DNA of 59,876 nt, filler included. It is 4 parts of 4 records of this genome, joined end to end, with 100 filler letters (N's around TTAATTAATTAA, not from the genome) between each part and the next. Parts side by side here need not be neighbours in the genome. Positions count along the whole stretch, not along the records: positions 23,446 to 43,443 come from SRR22947725_2406; positions 43,544 to 59,876 come from SRR22947725_2410; 2 more parts are not named here. One strand, written 5' to 3'. This document shows, piece by piece, positions 38,141 to 48,243 of the stretch. The notes under the pieces are model-generated. The model made no database searches. It worked only from the letters and a program-made list of their open reading frames with translations, and was not told the origin of the DNA. The translations under genes and the position numbers were made by a program. Within the stretch, counting starts at the first letter, position 1, and the number at the start of each line of letters is the position of its first letter.

Positions 38141-39214
38141 TTAGTATTTTTTTATTCCCATGCCAACTATATCGTGAACACATTGTTGCTCTTGGCAAAG
38201 CGAGCGTAGTTCTTCGTCAATAAATGTTTTTACTTGCGTCGATACGTTGCTTGGATAAAGCACGTGTAAATTGGCACCTGCATCGAGAGTAAAACATACA
38301 GATATTCCTGTCTTTTTTCGAAATGCCCAGATAGACTCAATTGCTTCAAGCGTATTGGCATGCATTAAAATAAAATAGGGTTCAGAAGTCATCATCATAG
38401 CGTGCAAATGCAGTGCCTCTTTTTCAACGATATTAATGAACCCTTCCAGGTTTCCCTGCTTTAATACTACAAGTAATTCTGCCAAATGCTTATTGGCTTG
38501 ATCAAATCGTTGCTGCGCATACGGATGGTTGTGCATGAGTTGATGACCAAGGCTGCTACTTACTTGTTTTTCCCCTTTATCAATCAGCAAAATGGTGTCG
38601 CAATAGTCCTTAAATACAGGGTCAATTTCCGTAACGGGCACAGCTATTTGGTCTGAGGAATCCGCTATTTCTTTATGAGTTCCCCACGCCATCATAGGTC
38701 CTTGAATACTTCGGCAAGCACTCCCCGAGCCCAAGCGGGCTAAAAATGATATTTTCTCTTCACGGATCGCATCATCAAGTTCAGAAATAGTTGCTTCAAA
38801 GTCTACCAAACAAGCTGACAAAGCTGCCATGGAAGATGCTGAAGAGGCAATTCCGCTACTGTGTGGAAAGGTGTTTTGAGAAATAATTTCCAGCTTATAA
38901 TCTGTTAAAAACGATTGATAAGGAAGAATTCGCGCAAAAAAAGCTTCGAGCTTTGGTCGAAAGCTAGGCTTTTCTTCACCTTCAAATAGTATGGAAAATT
39001 GAACTGTTTCAGTAGGAGTCTCAAGGGGAACAAAACGAACCTCGGTTTGCGTTACTGCGCTTGACAAGGTAAAACTAATAGAAGCATTTTTAGGCAATTG
39101 CGGCTCAGTTTTACCCCAATATTTGACTAAGGCGATGTTACTGGGCGCTTGCCAGCGGCAATGGAAAACATCTTTTGTGGTGCTGGTGTTTTTTGCAAAA
39201 AAACGCTGATTCAT
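38141..39214 (-). CDS. mvaD: Diphosphomevalonate decarboxylase
   Basis: PSNIALVKYWGK, GIASSAS, GSGSACRS, FTLDAGAN. Confidence 0.92.
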   Translation of the reverse strand: MNQRFFAKNTSTTKDVFHCRWQAPSNIALVKYWGKTEPQLPKNASISFTLSSAVTQTEVRFVPLETPTETVQFSILFEGEEKPSFRPKLEAFFARILPYQSFLTDYKLEIISQNTFPHSSGIASSASSMAALSACLVDFEATISELDDAIREEKISFLARLGSGSACRSIQGPMMAWGTHKEIADSSDQIAVPVTEIDPVFKDYCDTILLIDKGEKQVSSSLGHQLMHNHPYAQQRFDQANKHLAELLVVLKQGNLEGFINIVEKEALHLHAMMMTSEPYFILMHANTLEAIESIWAFRKKTGISVCFTLDAGANLHVLYPSNVSTQVKTFIDEELRSLCQEQQCVHDIVGMGIKKY

Positions 39215-39314
39215 AGCTACAAATATACGTAGTAAAGCAACTATAAGCCCGCTGAAGATAAAGGCTATGCCGTTTTTTTAATATATTTAAAGTCTTAACC
39301 TTAAATCAATACTT

Positions 39315-39722
39315 ATGTTTTCTAAATCCATAGTCTGGTCTACACTTGCAGTTTTTTTGTTTTTTTATTTTGCTCCTTGGGGGTTTTATGAAGTAACATC
39401 TGATTGCTTTCAAGAGCATACGCTTATCGAAACCATGCGCACTAATCACTTTCTAGGTATTTTAGCCCTTGGTGTGTTGTTATTATCCTATGCTTTTGTG
39501 CATATTTTCCACAAATGGTCTGGAGGCATTTTTAGCAATAAAAATGGTTTTATTTTTGGCCTTTGGATTGCCTTACTAGAAACCGTTTCTATAAGCTTTA
39601 TCCGGTATTCAACATCTGATGCATTTGAAGCAGAATTTTATATTTTAGACGCTACCTACTGGGTTGCCATGTATGCAATTGCTGGAGTTTTAGTAGCCCT
39701 TATTTCGAGAAAAACAAGCTAA
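39315..39722 (+). CDS. Hypothetical membrane protein (about 4 TM)
   Basis: 135-aa hydrophobic ORF followed by a terminator. Confidence 0.7.
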   Translation: MFSKSIVWSTLAVFLFFYFAPWGFYEVTSDCFQEHTLIETMRTNHFLGILALGVLLLSYAFVHIFHKWSGGIFSNKNGFIFGLWIALLETVSISFIRYSTSDAFEAEFYILDATYWVAMYAIAGVLVALISRKTS

Positions 39723-39737
39723 AATGCTATCTCTCAT

Positions 39738-39771
39738 AAAAAAAAAGCCTACACAGTTGTAGGCTTTTTTT
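39738..39771. terminator. Bidirectional rho-independent terminator
   Basis: A-run GCCTACA cagt TGTAGGC T-run between convergent genes. Confidence 0.85.
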
Positions 39772-39825
39772 ATTCAGATAAATGCGACAGGCATTCTATA
39801 AAAGTATCTTTTAGTTACGTTGGAC

Positions 39826-40059
39826 TTATTCAACATTCACCACTTCCTTAATTTCGGGAGCGTGTTTTTTGATGGTTAGCTCAACGCCTTGCTTTAGGGT
39901 CATCTGGTTTACCGAGCAACCCACGCAGGCTCCAAGTAATTGCACCTTTACAATATTGTTTTCAATACTGTTAAGTGCTATATCACCTCCGTCAGATTTT
40001 AGAAACGGACGGATTTCGTCAAGGGCTAATTCTACACGTTGCTTTAAATCAGACATCAC
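39826..40059 (-). CDS. NifU/NfuA-like Fe-S carrier
   Basis: IRPFLKSDGGDI, GACVGC. Confidence 0.9.
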   Translation of the reverse strand: MMSDLKQRVELALDEIRPFLKSDGGDIALNSIENNIVKVQLLGACVGCSVNQMTLKQGVELTIKKHAPEIKEVVNVE

Positions 40060-41202
40060 TTATTTTTTAGTTACAGCAGAACATCCTGCCATTGTTGTTA
40101 TTTTAATTGCCTCGGTTGGAGGCAATTGCTCGTTACGAGCAACTACTTCACGTACTACGGCACGTGTTACTTCAGTTAGCGCATCAGCAACGGCTGTTTC
40201 CGATTGCATGGCTGCAGGGCGTCCTACATCCCCTGCCTCACGAATACTTTGCACCAATGGTAATTCACCCAAAAAGGGAACATCTAAATCTGTTGCTAAA
40301 TATTTAGCCCCCGATTTACCAAAAATATAATACTTGTTCTCGGGGAGTTCATCTGGTGTAAAGTAGGCCATGTTTTCAATAACGCCCAATACTGGGACTT
40401 GAATATTTTCTTGTTGGAACATCGCTACGCCTTTTTTGGCATCTGCCAAAGCAACCGTCTGTGGCGTACTTACTACTACAGCACCCGTTATAGGGAGTGA
40501 TTGCATAATACTCAAATGAATATCGCCTGTTCCAGGTGGAAGGTCAATAAGTAAAAAGTCCAGCTCGCCCCAAGCGGCGTCAAAAATCATCTGATTTAGC
40601 GCCTTGGCAGCCATTGGTCCTCGCCAGATTACCGCCTGATCGGGTTTGGTGAAAAAACCAATAGACAATAACTTTACTCCAAAATTCTCAACAGGAACCA
40701 TTTTGGATACGCCATCAATATTCTTGGCACGTGGTTTTTCATTTGTTACATCAAACATTAAGGGCATCGAAGGTCCGTAAATATCAGCATCCAATACACC
40801 AACCTTAAAACCCATATTGGCTAAGGAGACTGCTAAATTTGCCGTTACAGTAGATTTTCCAACGCCGCCTTTGCCAGAAGCAACGGCAACAATGTTTAGT
40901 ATTCCAGGGATGGGCTTCCCCTTAATTAATGAAGCATTTTCTTGTTTTTTTGGCGCATTCACTTCAATATTAACTTTGACTTTCGCCTTTTCATACACCA
41001 AGTCATGAATAACTTTCATTACTGACACCTCTGTCTTTTTTTTAGCTTGAAGCGCAGGGTTAGCTGTCACAAGATCAACAATTACCTCATCGCCAAAAAT
41101 ATTGATGTTTTTTACCGCCTCAGTTTCCATAAGATTCCTTCCTTCTCCAGGAAGGCTAATGGTACGTAGCGCATTTTCAATTGCTGTGCGGGTAATCTTC
41201 AT
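40060..41202 (-). CDS. mrp: Mrp/ApbC Fe-S cluster carrier ATPase
   Basis: SGKGGVGKST, DADIYGPS, WRGPM, DLPPGTGD. Confidence 0.93.
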   Translation of the reverse strand: MKITRTAIENALRTISLPGEGRNLMETEAVKNINIFGDEVIVDLVTANPALQAKKKTEVSVMKVIHDLVYEKAKVKVNIEVNAPKKQENASLIKGKPIPGILNIVAVASGKGGVGKSTVTANLAVSLANMGFKVGVLDADIYGPSMPLMFDVTNEKPRAKNIDGVSKMVPVENFGVKLLSIGFFTKPDQAVIWRGPMAAKALNQMIFDAAWGELDFLLIDLPPGTGDIHLSIMQSLPITGAVVVSTPQTVALADAKKGVAMFQQENIQVPVLGVIENMAYFTPDELPENKYYIFGKSGAKYLATDLDVPFLGELPLVQSIREAGDVGRPAAMQSETAVADALTEVTRAVVREVVARNEQLPPTEAIKITTMAGCSAVTKK

Positions 41203-41250
41203 TCAGTCTAAATAAGAATACAAATATACCACATCGTGCTAAAAAAACCC

Positions 41251-41574
41251 CTATTCGTTTGGGCTCCATAACACAGCTTCAAATCCTTGGATTTGGTCGT
41301 TGATAATCGTGTGCCCTTCGGATTCTAAAAGCTGCTGCATGGTATTGATTCCTCCAAAGTGGTGCTTCCCCGTTAGCAGTCCTATTCTATTTACTACACG
41401 GTGTGCAGGAACATCCTCAAGATTATGGGCTGCATTCATAGCGTAACCTACAGTTCTTGCGCTCTTTGCAGCACCTAAAAATCGGGCAACAGCTCCATAA
41501 GTCGTTACTCGGCCATAAGGCACCTGCCTTACAACGTTATAAACGCGTTCAAAAAAATCATTCTTTTGGGACAT
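41251..41574 (-). CDS. MGMT-family alkyltransferase-like protein
   Basis: PYGRVTTYG, ARTVG, PAHRV (Ala in place of the catalytic Cys). Confidence 0.88.
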   Translation of the reverse strand: MSQKNDFFERVYNVVRQVPYGRVTTYGAVARFLGAAKSARTVGYAMNAAHNLEDVPAHRVVNRIGLLTGKHHFGGINTMQQLLESEGHTIINDQIQGFEAVLWSPNE

Positions 41575-42247
41575 TGTCAGAAAATGAAAATTTAATGTAG
41601 GTAATCGGAATCCCTTGTTCTCGATATTGTTGCTCGTAAAAAGTTTGAATACTTATAACATCTTCAGGCGCATGCACGTATTGATAAATATCGTGGTGTG
41701 CCATTTCGGGTTTGATTTGCCATCCGTCTAGAAGCCCTAGCGTATAGCCATGTAAAAAAGCAGAATCAGTTTTTAGGTGCAAAAAACCCGCTGGTTTTAA
41801 AACCCTTTGGTAGCGACGCAAAAACTGGGGGTTGGTTAGGCGGTGGTGTTTCCGCTTATACTTGTATTGCGGATCGGGGAAGGTGATCCAAATGGCTGAA
41901 ACCTCATCCGGTGCAAAAACGTGTTCAATGAGTTCAATTTGCGTACGAATAAAAGCTGCATTTTTCAGGTCTTCTTCAACTGCTGTTTTTGCTCCGCGCC
42001 AAAATCGTGCGCCTTTGATATCAATTCCAATATAATTTAGATCGGGATTTTTACGTGCTAGGCCCACAGTATATTCTCCTTTTCCACATCCCAACTCCAC
42101 TACTATTGGGTTGTCGTTTCCAAAAAAAGCTGCCCAAGCGCCACGATGCTCAAATTGATTGTCAAGCAGCTGCTCACGAGTTGGCTGCACAACATTTGAA
42201 AACGATTCGTTTTCCTTAAAGCGCTTTAATTTATTCTTACTTCCCAA
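41558..42247 (-). CDS. trmB: tRNA (guanine-N7)-methyltransferase
   Basis: ELGCGKGE, ITFPDP, HLKTD. Confidence 0.93.
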   Translation of the reverse strand: MGSKNKLKRFKENESFSNVVQPTREQLLDNQFEHRGAWAAFFGNDNPIVVELGCGKGEYTVGLARKNPDLNYIGIDIKGARFWRGAKTAVEEDLKNAAFIRTQIELIEHVFAPDEVSAIWITFPDPQYKYKRKHHRLTNPQFLRRYQRVLKPAGFLHLKTDSAFLHGYTLGLLDGWQIKPEMAHHDIYQYVHAPEDVISIQTFYEQQYREQGIPITYIKFSFSDNVPKE

Positions 42248-42257
42248 AATAGTTATG

Positions 42258-43334
42258 TTACGTCAATAATGAGGGATTTCCGTTTTCTAAAGTGAACGAA
42301 AATTCAGATCCGATTTCTGGTTGGCTCTCAACAAAAATTTGTTCCCCATGAGCCTCTATAATGTGTTTTACAATGGATAGTCCTAAACCCGAACCGCCCA
42401 TCCTACGGTTTCCACTTTTATCTACACGATAAAAACGCTCAAACAATCGTGGAAGTTGTTCTTTTTCAATTCCTTCTCCATTATCACGAATTCGAACAAT
42501 CCATTTGGTTTCATAAATGGTTTGAATGCTGACCTCAGTTGTTCCATTTTGCCTCCCATATTTTATGGAGTTCATTAGGAGATTTGTCAACACTTGTTGT
42601 ATCCGTTCTCGATCAGCATAGACCTGTACGGCCTCTTCATATTTTTTATCAAACTCGAGTCGAATATTCGACTTTCCGGCCTGCATTTCTAACATGTCGA
42701 AAACGCTCTGAACCAATTCAATGATATCAAAATTGCCTATCTCCAATTCAATATTTCCCTTATCCAAATTGGTTAGCAAATCGAGATCCTTAACGATATA
42801 GATAAGGCGCTCCACGCCTTTGCTTGCGCGTGTCAAGTATTTTTTATTGACCGAAGCATCCTTAAAAGCACCGTCTAATAAGGTTAATACATATCCTTGA
42901 ACCGTAAATAGTGGTGTTTTTAGCTCGTGTGCGATGTTTCCTAAAAACTCTCGACGAAACACAGCCTGATCTTTAAGACTATCTATTTCTACACTGCGTT
43001 TTAAAGATGCTTGTTTTACGTTATTAATGAGTGAATCCATATCGTTTGTGATAAGAATGTCATTAAATTCCTCATTAAAACTAGGATCCAGATCGTTGTA
43101 GAGTTCCTTTACTTGTTTGTATGCATAAGCCTCAATACGGTAATAAAAAATAATAAAACATACAGGAAAAATGATACTTACAGAAAGCAAAAAGGGGATC
43201 AGCTTGTCTTTAGAAAAAAGCTCTTCCTCTGTGAAAAAGATCAATAATAGCGCATTTAAAAAAACAACAAATGCTGTTACTAGCAATGATAGTGTAAATG
43301 AAACCCTGTAAGCTTTAAGCGGTTTTATAGCCAT
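42258..43334 (-). CDS. Sensor histidine kinase (PhoR-like)
   Basis: Two TM; AHELKTP, RLFERFYRVDKS, GGSGLGL. Confidence 0.88.
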   Translation of the reverse strand: MAIKPLKAYRVSFTLSLLVTAFVVFLNALLLIFFTEEELFSKDKLIPFLLSVSIIFPVCFIIFYYRIEAYAYKQVKELYNDLDPSFNEEFNDILITNDMDSLINNVKQASLKRSVEIDSLKDQAVFRREFLGNIAHELKTPLFTVQGYVLTLLDGAFKDASVNKKYLTRASKGVERLIYIVKDLDLLTNLDKGNIELEIGNFDIIELVQSVFDMLEMQAGKSNIRLEFDKKYEEAVQVYADRERIQQVLTNLLMNSIKYGRQNGTTEVSIQTIYETKWIVRIRDNGEGIEKEQLPRLFERFYRVDKSGNRRMGGSGLGLSIVKHIIEAHGEQIFVESQPEIGSEFSFTLENGNPSLLT

Positions 43335-43335
43335 A

Positions 43336-43443
43336 CTAAATCACGTATTTATAGCCTACCCCTTTTACAGTTTTGAAATGTTGATCGCCAATTTTCTCGC
43401 GTAACTTTCTAATGTGAACGTCTATAGTTCTACCACCTACAAT
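43336..43443 (-). CDS. OmpR-family response regulator (PhoP/PhoB-like), 3' end only
   Basis: Own translation IVGGRTIDVHIRKLREKIGDQHFKTVKGVGYKYVI-stop. Confidence 0.85.
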   Translation of the reverse strand: MVGGRTIDVHIRKLREKIGDQHFKTVKGVGYKYVI

Positions 43444-43543
43444 NNNNNNNNNNNNNNNNNNNNNNNNNNNNNNNNNNNNNNNNNNNNTTAATTAATTAAN
43501 NNNNNNNNNNNNNNNNNNNNNNNNNNNNNNNNNNNNNNNNNNN
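43444..43543. other. Artificial contig spacer
   Basis: N-run with TTAATTAATTAA. Confidence 0.98.
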
Positions 43544-43936
43544 TGAAATAAGCAGCGCAAGTGGTTTGGAGAGTTTTTTATCATTGATACGGGAAGCCAA
43601 GGCGAGCATGGAAGCCAAAAATCCCTTCATATCTGTTGTGCCGCGACCATAATATCGATCGCCCGCAGTGGTTAATTTAAAAGGTGGATATGTCCACTTT
43701 TGACCCTCAACTGTTACAACATCTGAGTGTGCTGAAAGAAGTAAGCCGCCTTCAATCGCTGGCCCAATCTCGGCGTAAATTCCAGCCTTTGTACCGCAAG
43801 GCGCATGCAAACGGGTCACACGAAATTCAAACTGAACAAGAAATTTTTTAACGAAATCAATTAGCTCTAAGTTACTCTTAGTGTTGGTGGTTTCAAACGA
43901 AACCAAAGTATCGAGGATTTCTAATGTTTTTGTCAC
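43544..43936 (-). CDS. argE: ArgE-like M20 deacylase (HinG-like), copy 1, 3' partial
   Basis: LSAHSDVV, YGRGTTDMKGF; paralog of 55549-56700. Confidence 0.8.
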
Positions 43937-44832
43937 TTCATTTCCTCACGGCATAGGTCTAAAAAAGCTGAGTAGATGCGGCGGGTTGTCAACCCTTTGA
44001 GTGAGAGTAATCCGACTGGTAAAGGTGGCACTTCACTTTCCAGTGGTACAAATATCAATGGTTTGCCATCTGGAGCATGTGTGCCTATGGGCCTGTAATT
44101 AATTACTGAATAGCCAAATCCATTTGCAACAAGACTTCTCGCCACAGCAAGATCTTTTGTACGTTCTGCTATTATAGGCCTTGGCCCCGTTCGACTAAAA
44201 AATGATAAAAAATAGTCAGAGCTAAGGGGTAAATCCAGAAGAACCATTGCGTGAACAGTGAGCTGTTCTACCGTTAATATTTTATTGTTTGCAAGGGGGT
44301 GGTCAGGTGCAAGCATAACAAATGGGGGTAGAGATTTTATTGCTTGAAACTCTAAGTCTTTGGGTAAATCTATTGCATAACTTATAGCCAGATCGATATC
44401 ACCTTGACGTAAAGCAGTAAAAATTTCTGATTGCGTTAACTCGCTTTGACTCAATTTTACTGCAGGATGTGCGGCCTCAAAGCTACGCCGCAGTTTTGGG
44501 ACAACAATTTGTGCAAAAGAAACCAAACACCCAAGTTGCAGATGGCCTTGAATAGAATGGGAAACCATACCAGCCATACGCGTAAGTTCGGACGCATCGT
44601 TTAAAACTATCTCGGCTTGAGTTGACAGGGTGCGACCAGCTTCAGTCAAAGATAACCCTTGTGGGCGTCTGCGAACAAACAAAGCAGCACCAAGATCTTT
44701 TTCAAGTTGAGAAAGTGCTGTCGAAATTGAAGGTGAGGACACGTTTAAAATACGACTTGTGGCTGCGATGCTACCTGTTTGAGCAGTTACAGTAAAATAT
44801 TCAAGCTGACGTAAGGTAAATCGTAGTTGTAT
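43933..44832 (-). CDS. LysR regulator (HinK-like), copy 1
   Basis: Frame extends upstream of the ORF call to (ATA)QLRFTLRQLEYF..., completing the HTH; paralog of 52418-53344. Confidence 0.85.
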   Translation of the reverse strand: MQLRFTLRQLEYFTVTAQTGSIAATSRILNVSSPSISTALSQLEKDLGAALFVRRRPQGLSLTEAGRTLSTQAEIVLNDASELTRMAGMVSHSIQGHLQLGCLVSFAQIVVPKLRRSFEAAHPAVKLSQSELTQSEIFTALRQGDIDLAISYAIDLPKDLEFQAIKSLPPFVMLAPDHPLANNKILTVEQLTVHAMVLLDLPLSSDYFLSFFSRTGPRPIIAERTKDLAVARSLVANGFGYSVINYRPIGTHAPDGKPLIFVPLESEVPPLPVGLLSLKGLTTRRIYSAFLDLCREEMK

Positions 44833-44863
44833 TTAGGTATGTTGACGCAGATGGAAATGTCTG

Positions 44864-45538
44864 TCAATCGTCACCAGGAACACCATAAGATGGGGCCTCT
44901 CGTGGGTCAATTGCACGTTGGACATAGGCGTCAAGTTGAGGTTTGTAAATATCCCATGCATTTGCTACCTCTTCGATCGGGCAATTTTTAGTCCAGTCAC
45001 ACCGTAAATCAGCAATAGGCCAAGTCATCTTATCTACAATCTTCATACCTGCCGAATGAACTGGCCCCGCTTCGCCACCGGCAGCTAAACCTGACCGCAT
45101 AGCTGCAATTAGCCTATCTCCAATATGCCCATCAGATGAAATGAATCCATCAACGATTGCTTGGGGGACTCTATCATTGGCCAAAAGGTTTCCGCCCGCA
45201 GCAACGTCTTTTCCCTCAGCTTGCGTCCAAATGCCGAGTGAGTTTGGTCCAGAATGAATGGATGTTAAGCCTTCATTATCAATTACTAGAACTTGTCTAT
45301 ATTCAATGAATTTTCCGATTGATTTAATATCTTGTATGGTTTGCGCAGCAGATAATCCCGTTTGCATTAAATCAAGTGCAAGAGGCCCAAGCGTTGGATC
45401 TGTAACGTTTTGTGATGCGACCGCACCAACTTTTGCACGGGCATACGAACATCGAGCCGCAACAGCGGGTGAAGAAGATGAAATGGCGATGCCAAACATA
45501 CCAGTTTTAGCGCAACGAGCAACGAGTGAAAATGTCAT
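44864..45538 (-). CDS. DUF1028 / Ntn-hydrolase-like protein (HinH-like), copy 1
   Basis: MTFSLVARC..TGMFG, GAVASQ, GNLLAN, DLRCDW. Confidence 0.85.
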   Translation of the reverse strand: MTFSLVARCAKTGMFGIAISSSSPAVAARCSYARAKVGAVASQNVTDPTLGPLALDLMQTGLSAAQTIQDIKSIGKFIEYRQVLVIDNEGLTSIHSGPNSLGIWTQAEGKDVAAGGNLLANDRVPQAIVDGFISSDGHIGDRLIAAMRSGLAAGGEAGPVHSAGMKIVDKMTWPIADLRCDWTKNCPIEEVANAWDIYKPQLDAYVQRAIDPREAPSYGVPGDD

Positions 45539-45954
45539 GCTGGTATTACCGCTGTACCATCAATTTCAACAAGCCATTCAGGTCGTGCGAGCGCCTGCAC
45601 AACGAGACCTGTTGATACAGGGTAAACTCCCTTAATGTATTCTCCCATCGTGCGATAGACCGCCTCACGATGGCGTACATCTGTGATGTATACAACAACT
45701 TTAACAAGATGACTCATATCACCTCCGGTTTCCTCAATAAGTTGTTTAATGTTTTGCATAACTTTGTGTGTTTGTTCGATTGGGTCATGACTTCTTATGT
45801 TAATCGCATTATCTAGATTTTGGGGACATTGACCTCTCAACCAGACGATCTTATCAGAAGCATTAGTCACTACTGCCTGACATAGATCATTATCAAGATT
45901 TTGCTCTGGGTAAGTTTCAGCGGTATTGAATTTGCGGATACGCGTATGTATCAT
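45535..45954 (-). CDS. RidA-family protein (HinL-like), copy 1
   Basis: HTRIRKFNT, LARPEWLVEIDGTA; start moved to ATG 45954 by alignment with copy 2. Confidence 0.85.
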   Translation of the reverse strand: MIHTRIRKFNTAETYPEQNLDNDLCQAVVTNASDKIVWLRGQCPQNLDNAINIRSHDPIEQTHKVMQNIKQLIEETGGDMSHLVKVVVYITDVRHREAVYRTMGEYIKGVYPVSTGLVVQALARPEWLVEIDGTAVIPA

Positions 45955-45962
45955 TTCTATTC

Positions 45963-47060
45963 CTATGTTTGGTAGTGAGCGGCAAGCCAAAGTTGAAAAT
46001 CACGAATTGTTCCCTCATAGTCGTCTTCTGCCAAAGGCCCTGAACCTGCATGATAAGAGCTGAGTGAAACTTGTAACCGTTCAAGTTTTTCACGATCTTC
46101 TTGGTTCACTTTTTGCCAAAGAGCAACCCGATCAGCAATCGTGCTTTCATCAAGGTCATTGCTGTAGGTTGAAAGTGTCCACTTCACTTTGATCTGTCCT
46201 GCATTGAGAGGGAATATGCTTAATGAGACTAAAAGGCTAGCTGCTTGGCTTACGACCTGAGTTGGGAAAATCGAAAACAATGTTGAGCGTAGGCGCTCAT
46301 CTTCTGTCAGATTTGGTCCGCCAAGTCCGCGTTGCGGAGTATTTTTTGGGTAATTTGCTGCATAAGAAGTAAATCCATACCCAGTCAAAAGTTTGCGAGC
46401 GAGACCTGTAGGTGTGTAATCATGAAGAGTTTCAGGATGTACGACTGAAAGATGATATCCTTCCATAAAGTTCTCAACAAGGCATTTCCAATTAGTATTC
46501 CAGATCTCCTCTTCGACATGGGCAAGTTTGAATTTTTCAGTCTCGTAATTTGAAAGCAAATCAGTGAGGCTAGGGTGCTCAAACGGTTTGACTTCTGCGC
46601 TTAAGTTTACATAAATGAAACCATTCCAAATGTGGCTATTGTGCCTATACAGACCACAATTTTTAGATTCAAAGCCAGCATTTTTCATCCTTGGTGCGCG
46701 TAAAAGTATGCCATCAAGATCGTATGTCCAAGCATGGTAAGAACAAATGAAACGTTTTGTACTACCTGTACCCTCAGCAAGTGGCATCCCGCGATGGCGG
46801 CATACATTAGCTAGAACTACTATTTCAGCATCGCTTTGACGCACAATAAGCAAAGGTTCATTTAAAAGCTGAGCAGTGAAGAAATCTCCTGAATTAGGGA
46901 TTTCATCAACACGTCCAAGGCTATGCCATCCGCGGCGCAAGATTGTTTCTACTTCCTCATGAAAATATTCTTCATCCGTATAAAACGCTCCTGGAATACC
47001 CATTGCGCGATCGGATGGTAAAGATGCAATATCTTGAAGAATGGTTGAAAGTGATGACAT
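45963..47060 (-). CDS. Rieske non-heme iron oxygenase alpha subunit
   Basis: CRHRG...CSYHAW; NWKCLVENFMEGYHLSVVH; QED. Confidence 0.9.
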   Translation of the reverse strand: MSSLSTILQDIASLPSDRAMGIPGAFYTDEEYFHEEVETILRRGWHSLGRVDEIPNSGDFFTAQLLNEPLLIVRQSDAEIVVLANVCRHRGMPLAEGTGSTKRFICSYHAWTYDLDGILLRAPRMKNAGFESKNCGLYRHNSHIWNGFIYVNLSAEVKPFEHPSLTDLLSNYETEKFKLAHVEEEIWNTNWKCLVENFMEGYHLSVVHPETLHDYTPTGLARKLLTGYGFTSYAANYPKNTPQRGLGGPNLTEDERLRSTLFSIFPTQVVSQAASLLVSLSIFPLNAGQIKVKWTLSTYSNDLDESTIADRVALWQKVNQEDREKLERLQVSLSSYHAGSGPLAEDDYEGTIRDFQLWLAAHYQT

Positions 47061-47062
47061 TG

Positions 47063-48229
47063 CTAATCCTCCATAATAAAATTTGGTTTAAATGAAGAAT
47101 CCATTCGGCTCATTAAATATTGTGCAAAATCAAAATTTGGGCGTTCAAGATGAGATAAATGGCCTGGTTTAGCACCATCTGATGAAAGGCCACGAAAGAC
47201 TTTTTCTGTACACCCCTTGTCTTCAATATTCACTTGATCAAGTAAAGATTTTAGGTCGCTTAAATTTTTTTGAGCTTCTTTGTCGTCTTTATAATCATTA
47301 GACATCCCACCGCCAAAGCGGATGTGAACCTTAGAGGGTCCCTTTGGGTGGAGGCTCAGATACCAAAAATACCCAGGTGTGAGCGTAATAAGTAAACTAG
47401 GATATATTGCTAAAAGATAAGTTGTACGCCGCTCTTCACCCTTGAGACGGTTATTATCTTGATGTGCCATTGCAATTCGTAAAGACTTGTCTTTTAAGAT
47501 CGTATGATAATTAAATGCCTTACGTCCCGGTGGACAAATCATCTCATCAAGCTTGGATAAGCCTCCAATTGTGCCAGCATGGCAAACCGGTAAATGATAA
47601 CTCTCCATAAAATTCTCGGCTAAAATTTTCCAATTGGTATCCCATAAATGTTCTTCAAAAAAGGTTTCAGAATAGTTACTCATGTCGTAACCCTTAACCA
47701 ATTGTTCTACCTCAACGAGTTCTTTGGAAACTGGCTTTGCATCCGGATTAAGATTAATAAACACCCAGCCAAGCCATTCTTCGCAAGCAATTGTAGGTAA
47801 TCTGTATTGATTTTTACAAAAGGCCTTGTTTGCGTTCATGGCGGGTGCTCCGCGCAAACTTCCATCCAAATTATAGGTCCAGGCATGGTATGGGCAGACT
47901 ATAACTTTAGCCGATCCACGCCCACTTAGTAAGGTGGACATTCGATGTCGACATACATTTGACATTGCACGAAGATTGTTATCGTGATCGCGAAGTATAA
48001 TCACTGGCTGTTCTGCAAGATCACAAGTTACATAATCACCAGGCTTTGCTAAAGCGCTCGCTCTACCTACGCAAAACCAATCTTTTTTGAAGATTTGTTC
48101 AAGCTCTGCTTTGTTAAATTCTTGCGAGGTGTAAACTTGAGGTGGCATAGCTCGAGATTCTTCAAATGATGTAGATACATTCGCACGCAAAGCGTCAATT
48201 TGAACTTGTGCTGGATGGTCAATGTTCAT
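47063..48229 (-). CDS. Rieske non-heme iron oxygenase alpha subunit
   Basis: CRHRM...CPYHAW; NWKILAENFMESYHLPVCH; IED. Confidence 0.9.
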   Translation of the reverse strand: MNIDHPAQVQIDALRANVSTSFEESRAMPPQVYTSQEFNKAELEQIFKKDWFCVGRASALAKPGDYVTCDLAEQPVIILRDHDNNLRAMSNVCRHRMSTLLSGRGSAKVIVCPYHAWTYNLDGSLRGAPAMNANKAFCKNQYRLPTIACEEWLGWVFINLNPDAKPVSKELVEVEQLVKGYDMSNYSETFFEEHLWDTNWKILAENFMESYHLPVCHAGTIGGLSKLDEMICPPGRKAFNYHTILKDKSLRIAMAHQDNNRLKGEERRTTYLLAIYPSLLITLTPGYFWYLSLHPKGPSKVHIRFGGGMSNDYKDDKEAQKNLSDLKSLLDQVNIEDKGCTEKVFRGLSSDGAKPGHLSHLERPNFDFAQYLMSRMDSSFKPNFIMED

Positions 48230-48243
48230 TTATTACTCCTTTG

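Noticed and set aside
36315-39214. Archaeal-type lipid synthesis from the DGGGPS-like UbiA beside mevalonate genes
   Set aside because: This gene order is common in Flavobacteria and no GGGP synthase is in view.
1-43443. Phosphorus theme linking the pst locus with the phytase operon and PhoPR
   Set aside because: They lie on different contigs from different phyla, separated by artificial spacers.
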